Assembly: GCA_010093705.1 (NCBI GenBank)
Contig: MU006093.1
Coordinates: 951,301-1,015,300 of the forward strand
Direction of reading: 5' to 3'
Origin: Patellaria atrata CBS 101060
Taxonomy: Eukaryota
DNA length: 64,000 nucleotides
Shown piece by piece: positions 61,840 to 64,000 of the stretch (position 1 is the stretch's first letter; every line of letters begins with the position of its first letter). The notes under the pieces are model-generated. The model was not told the DNA's origin. It was given only the letters and a program-made list of their open reading frames with translations, and did not search any database. The position numbers were made by a program, and so were the translations under genes.

Positions 61840-62331
61840 ATGTCCGAAGCTTGTATAAAGTTATCCTTCTTCTTCAACAAATTGCCCGACGTCTCGTATG
61901 AACATTTCTACAAGCATTACGGCCATGTACATGCGGACTTGACGGTTGGAACTAAGGCTTTCGGACAATTCAACATCCAGCGTTACACTCAACACCATGC
62001 CACCCCGGAGATGAGGGAGAAATTGAGATCTATTGGAATGTCGGTGTTAGATTGGGACGCCTGCTCGACCCTCTGGGTGAAGAGTTGGGAAGATGCTGAA
62101 AGATTCTTTGGAAGTCCAGAGTATTCCAAATTGGCAGATGATTGTAAACATTTCATGGACACATCTAACGGTATTCCATGTATGGCAGGGTGAGGTTCCA
62201 CGGCTGCAAAGCACGTGTCTCTTTCTGGGTAGAAAGATTGCTAACAAAAATGCAGCCATGAGTTGATCGCATTCGGCAGAGGTGTGCCTGGAGTGGACGC
62301 AAAGGATGGCATAAGGAGCTACCGCAAATGA
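61840..62331 (+). CDS. EthD-family dimeric alpha+beta barrel protein
   Basis: KLSFFFNKLPDVSYEHF..HY..VHA.L, RYTQHH, WDACSTLWVKSWED...FF.SPEY..L..D...FMD; intron 62190..62255. Confidence 0.88.
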
Positions 62332-62986
62332 TCTTCATCGGATTATGGAACATTGAGATATCCAGAGCGCCGACAAGACGATCACAGTGATCTTTGCGAG
62401 TCTGGAATTCGATTTCTATTAGACTATTGCAATACTAGAATAATCAGACAATATTGGAATCTCAACTCGGTTCCAATTACCTGGTTTGCTACCTCTTCTC
62501 AGCCAGTCGTAGGTAGAGCTTGAGGTAGGAAAGCGTAAAATACTCGTAGCCTTGCTAGCATATTCGATTTTGACTGTTAAGCGACTTCAGACTGGATAAT
62601 ATCCTCATGTGCTAAACTCTGGAGTCGAGGAAGTTGAATCAAACAGGCGGGAGTTGTGGCAAGCTGGACGTCGGCAAAGCGCATCCCCAATGGAAAAGGT
62701 GATCCGGCCAACCTTCAACGTCGATTTTCACGATTTTCCAACGACACTATTCAATCCAGATCAGCTTGGGCCCTGCTCTGGCCCGTACGTCTAGGTCGGT
62801 CTTTCCGGTAGTATGGGGCTCCAGGCTCTTAGTATGGTTAACTCGTGGGTCATGTTTCTGCGCTGAATCCGGGGTATGGGGAAGGATTCATATACTTTAT
62901 ATCGACCGTGAAGCACTTTATTCGATCTCTAGGAAGCTCTTCCCATTATTCTGTCAACTCCAAAGTTGCATTGATCTCTCGCAACC

Positions 62987-64000
62987 ATGGCAGTGGAACT
63001 CATTGAGCCTCGAACCCCGTCTGCTGAACATGAGAAGAGAGATCTAGAAAAGATTGAGGTATACGATGCTTCTCCTCCATCAGAGGTAGCACCGCCTGCG
63101 GATACTGTTCCATTAACTTGGAAAACCTGGGTTGTAATTTTCGTAAGCCGCGTCCAAATTCGCATGTACGAGAGCTTGCTGACATTTTCGGAGATTCTCT
63201 CGTCAACTTTCGGATTGTCGTTCTGGCCAGTCCCGACTACCGCAGCTCTTCAGTCACAACTTGGACTCAGATGGGGTGACCCTGTCTCTGTTGGATGGTA
63301 TGGTATGTATTCGATGGTTATCTTTGCTGTACAAGTACGCTGGTGACTAAACATTCCTTAGTCCCCGCATATACCACGGCAAACTCAATTGGATTCTTGC
63401 TGGCAGGGGCGAACAGCGATCTCTTCGGACGTAGACTTTTCTTACTTGCTGGAAACATCTTCTGCTGCATTGGATTCTTAATCTCCGCAACGGCTAATGG
63501 TCCTGCACAATTCACTGCTGGTATCGCAATAGCCGGTTTCGGTGGAGGTTTCTGCCAAATGGCCATGTGCTCCATTCCTGAATTAATGCCCAACAAGTAT
63601 AGGCACATCGGTATATGCCTGTCGGACGGTTTTGTTTTCGTCATTGTAGTTATTGGACCAGTTGTCGGGAGGGTAAGTTTTGATCAATAGGTAAACCCTT
63701 TCCAATCGCACTAATAATAACTAGTACGCCATCGACAACGGAGACGCCTGGAGATACATCTATTACGGCGGATTCATCGCGCAATTTTTCTCACTCCTTG
63801 GAATATTCTTCTGGTATTATCCCCCAAAGCATCCTAAGGGTGTAGAATGGAAAGACGGCCTCAAAGGTTTGGATTATGTGGGAGCCCTACTCGTTACTCC
63901 AGGAGTCTGTCTGACTCTTGTTGGTATCATCAACACCACTGTGAGTACTCTTACTGTCAACGAATTAGCGAAATATTCCTAACGACTTGTAGTACAAGAA
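62987..64000 (+). CDS. MFS transporter of the TRI12/siderophore-exporter-like group (runs off the window end)
   Basis: Multiple TM segments, GANSDLFGRR motif A, IPELMPNKYR, WRYIYY, FWYYPP, LDYVG; introns ~63143..63193, 63298..63361, 63673..63724 and 63941..63991. Confidence 0.9.

Overview
Gene-dense, intron-containing DNA from a filamentous ascomycete (Pezizomycotina, probably Dothideomycete-like; inferred from short GT-AG introns with CTRAC branch points and from gene content). About 25 protein-coding genes were reconstructed by hand across introns, and there is one 100-N scaffold gap. I saw no rRNA, convincing tRNA, CRISPR array or intact transposon. Recognisable content: a protocatechuate-branch (beta-ketoadipate) cluster (hydrolase / carboxymuconate cyclase / intradiol dioxygenase), the YHM2-citrate synthase-NRD1 block, an AA11 LPMO, a CAP/PR-1 protein, a Pho80-type cyclin, SPATA20, LOG, CLPTM1, an MTRFR-type release factor and RRP36. 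Two small uncharacterised catabolic-looking clusters each contain an EthD protein (DUF1446+SDR+EthD; PTH11-like+Zn-ADH+EthD+MFS). The most interesting leads are (i) a ~240-nt multi-hairpin, A-box-containing, oligo-T-terminated candidate ncRNA at ~52.15-52.39 kb, (ii) a disordered protein with Dig1/Dig2-like MAPK docking and C-terminal motifs behind a 4.4-kb intergenic region with repeated TGAAACGC sites, (iii) a citrate synthase ending VTL instead of the usual PTS1 AKL, and (iv) recurrent GC-rich islands with a C-to-G strand-skew flip. All family assignments come from remembered motifs, not database searches.
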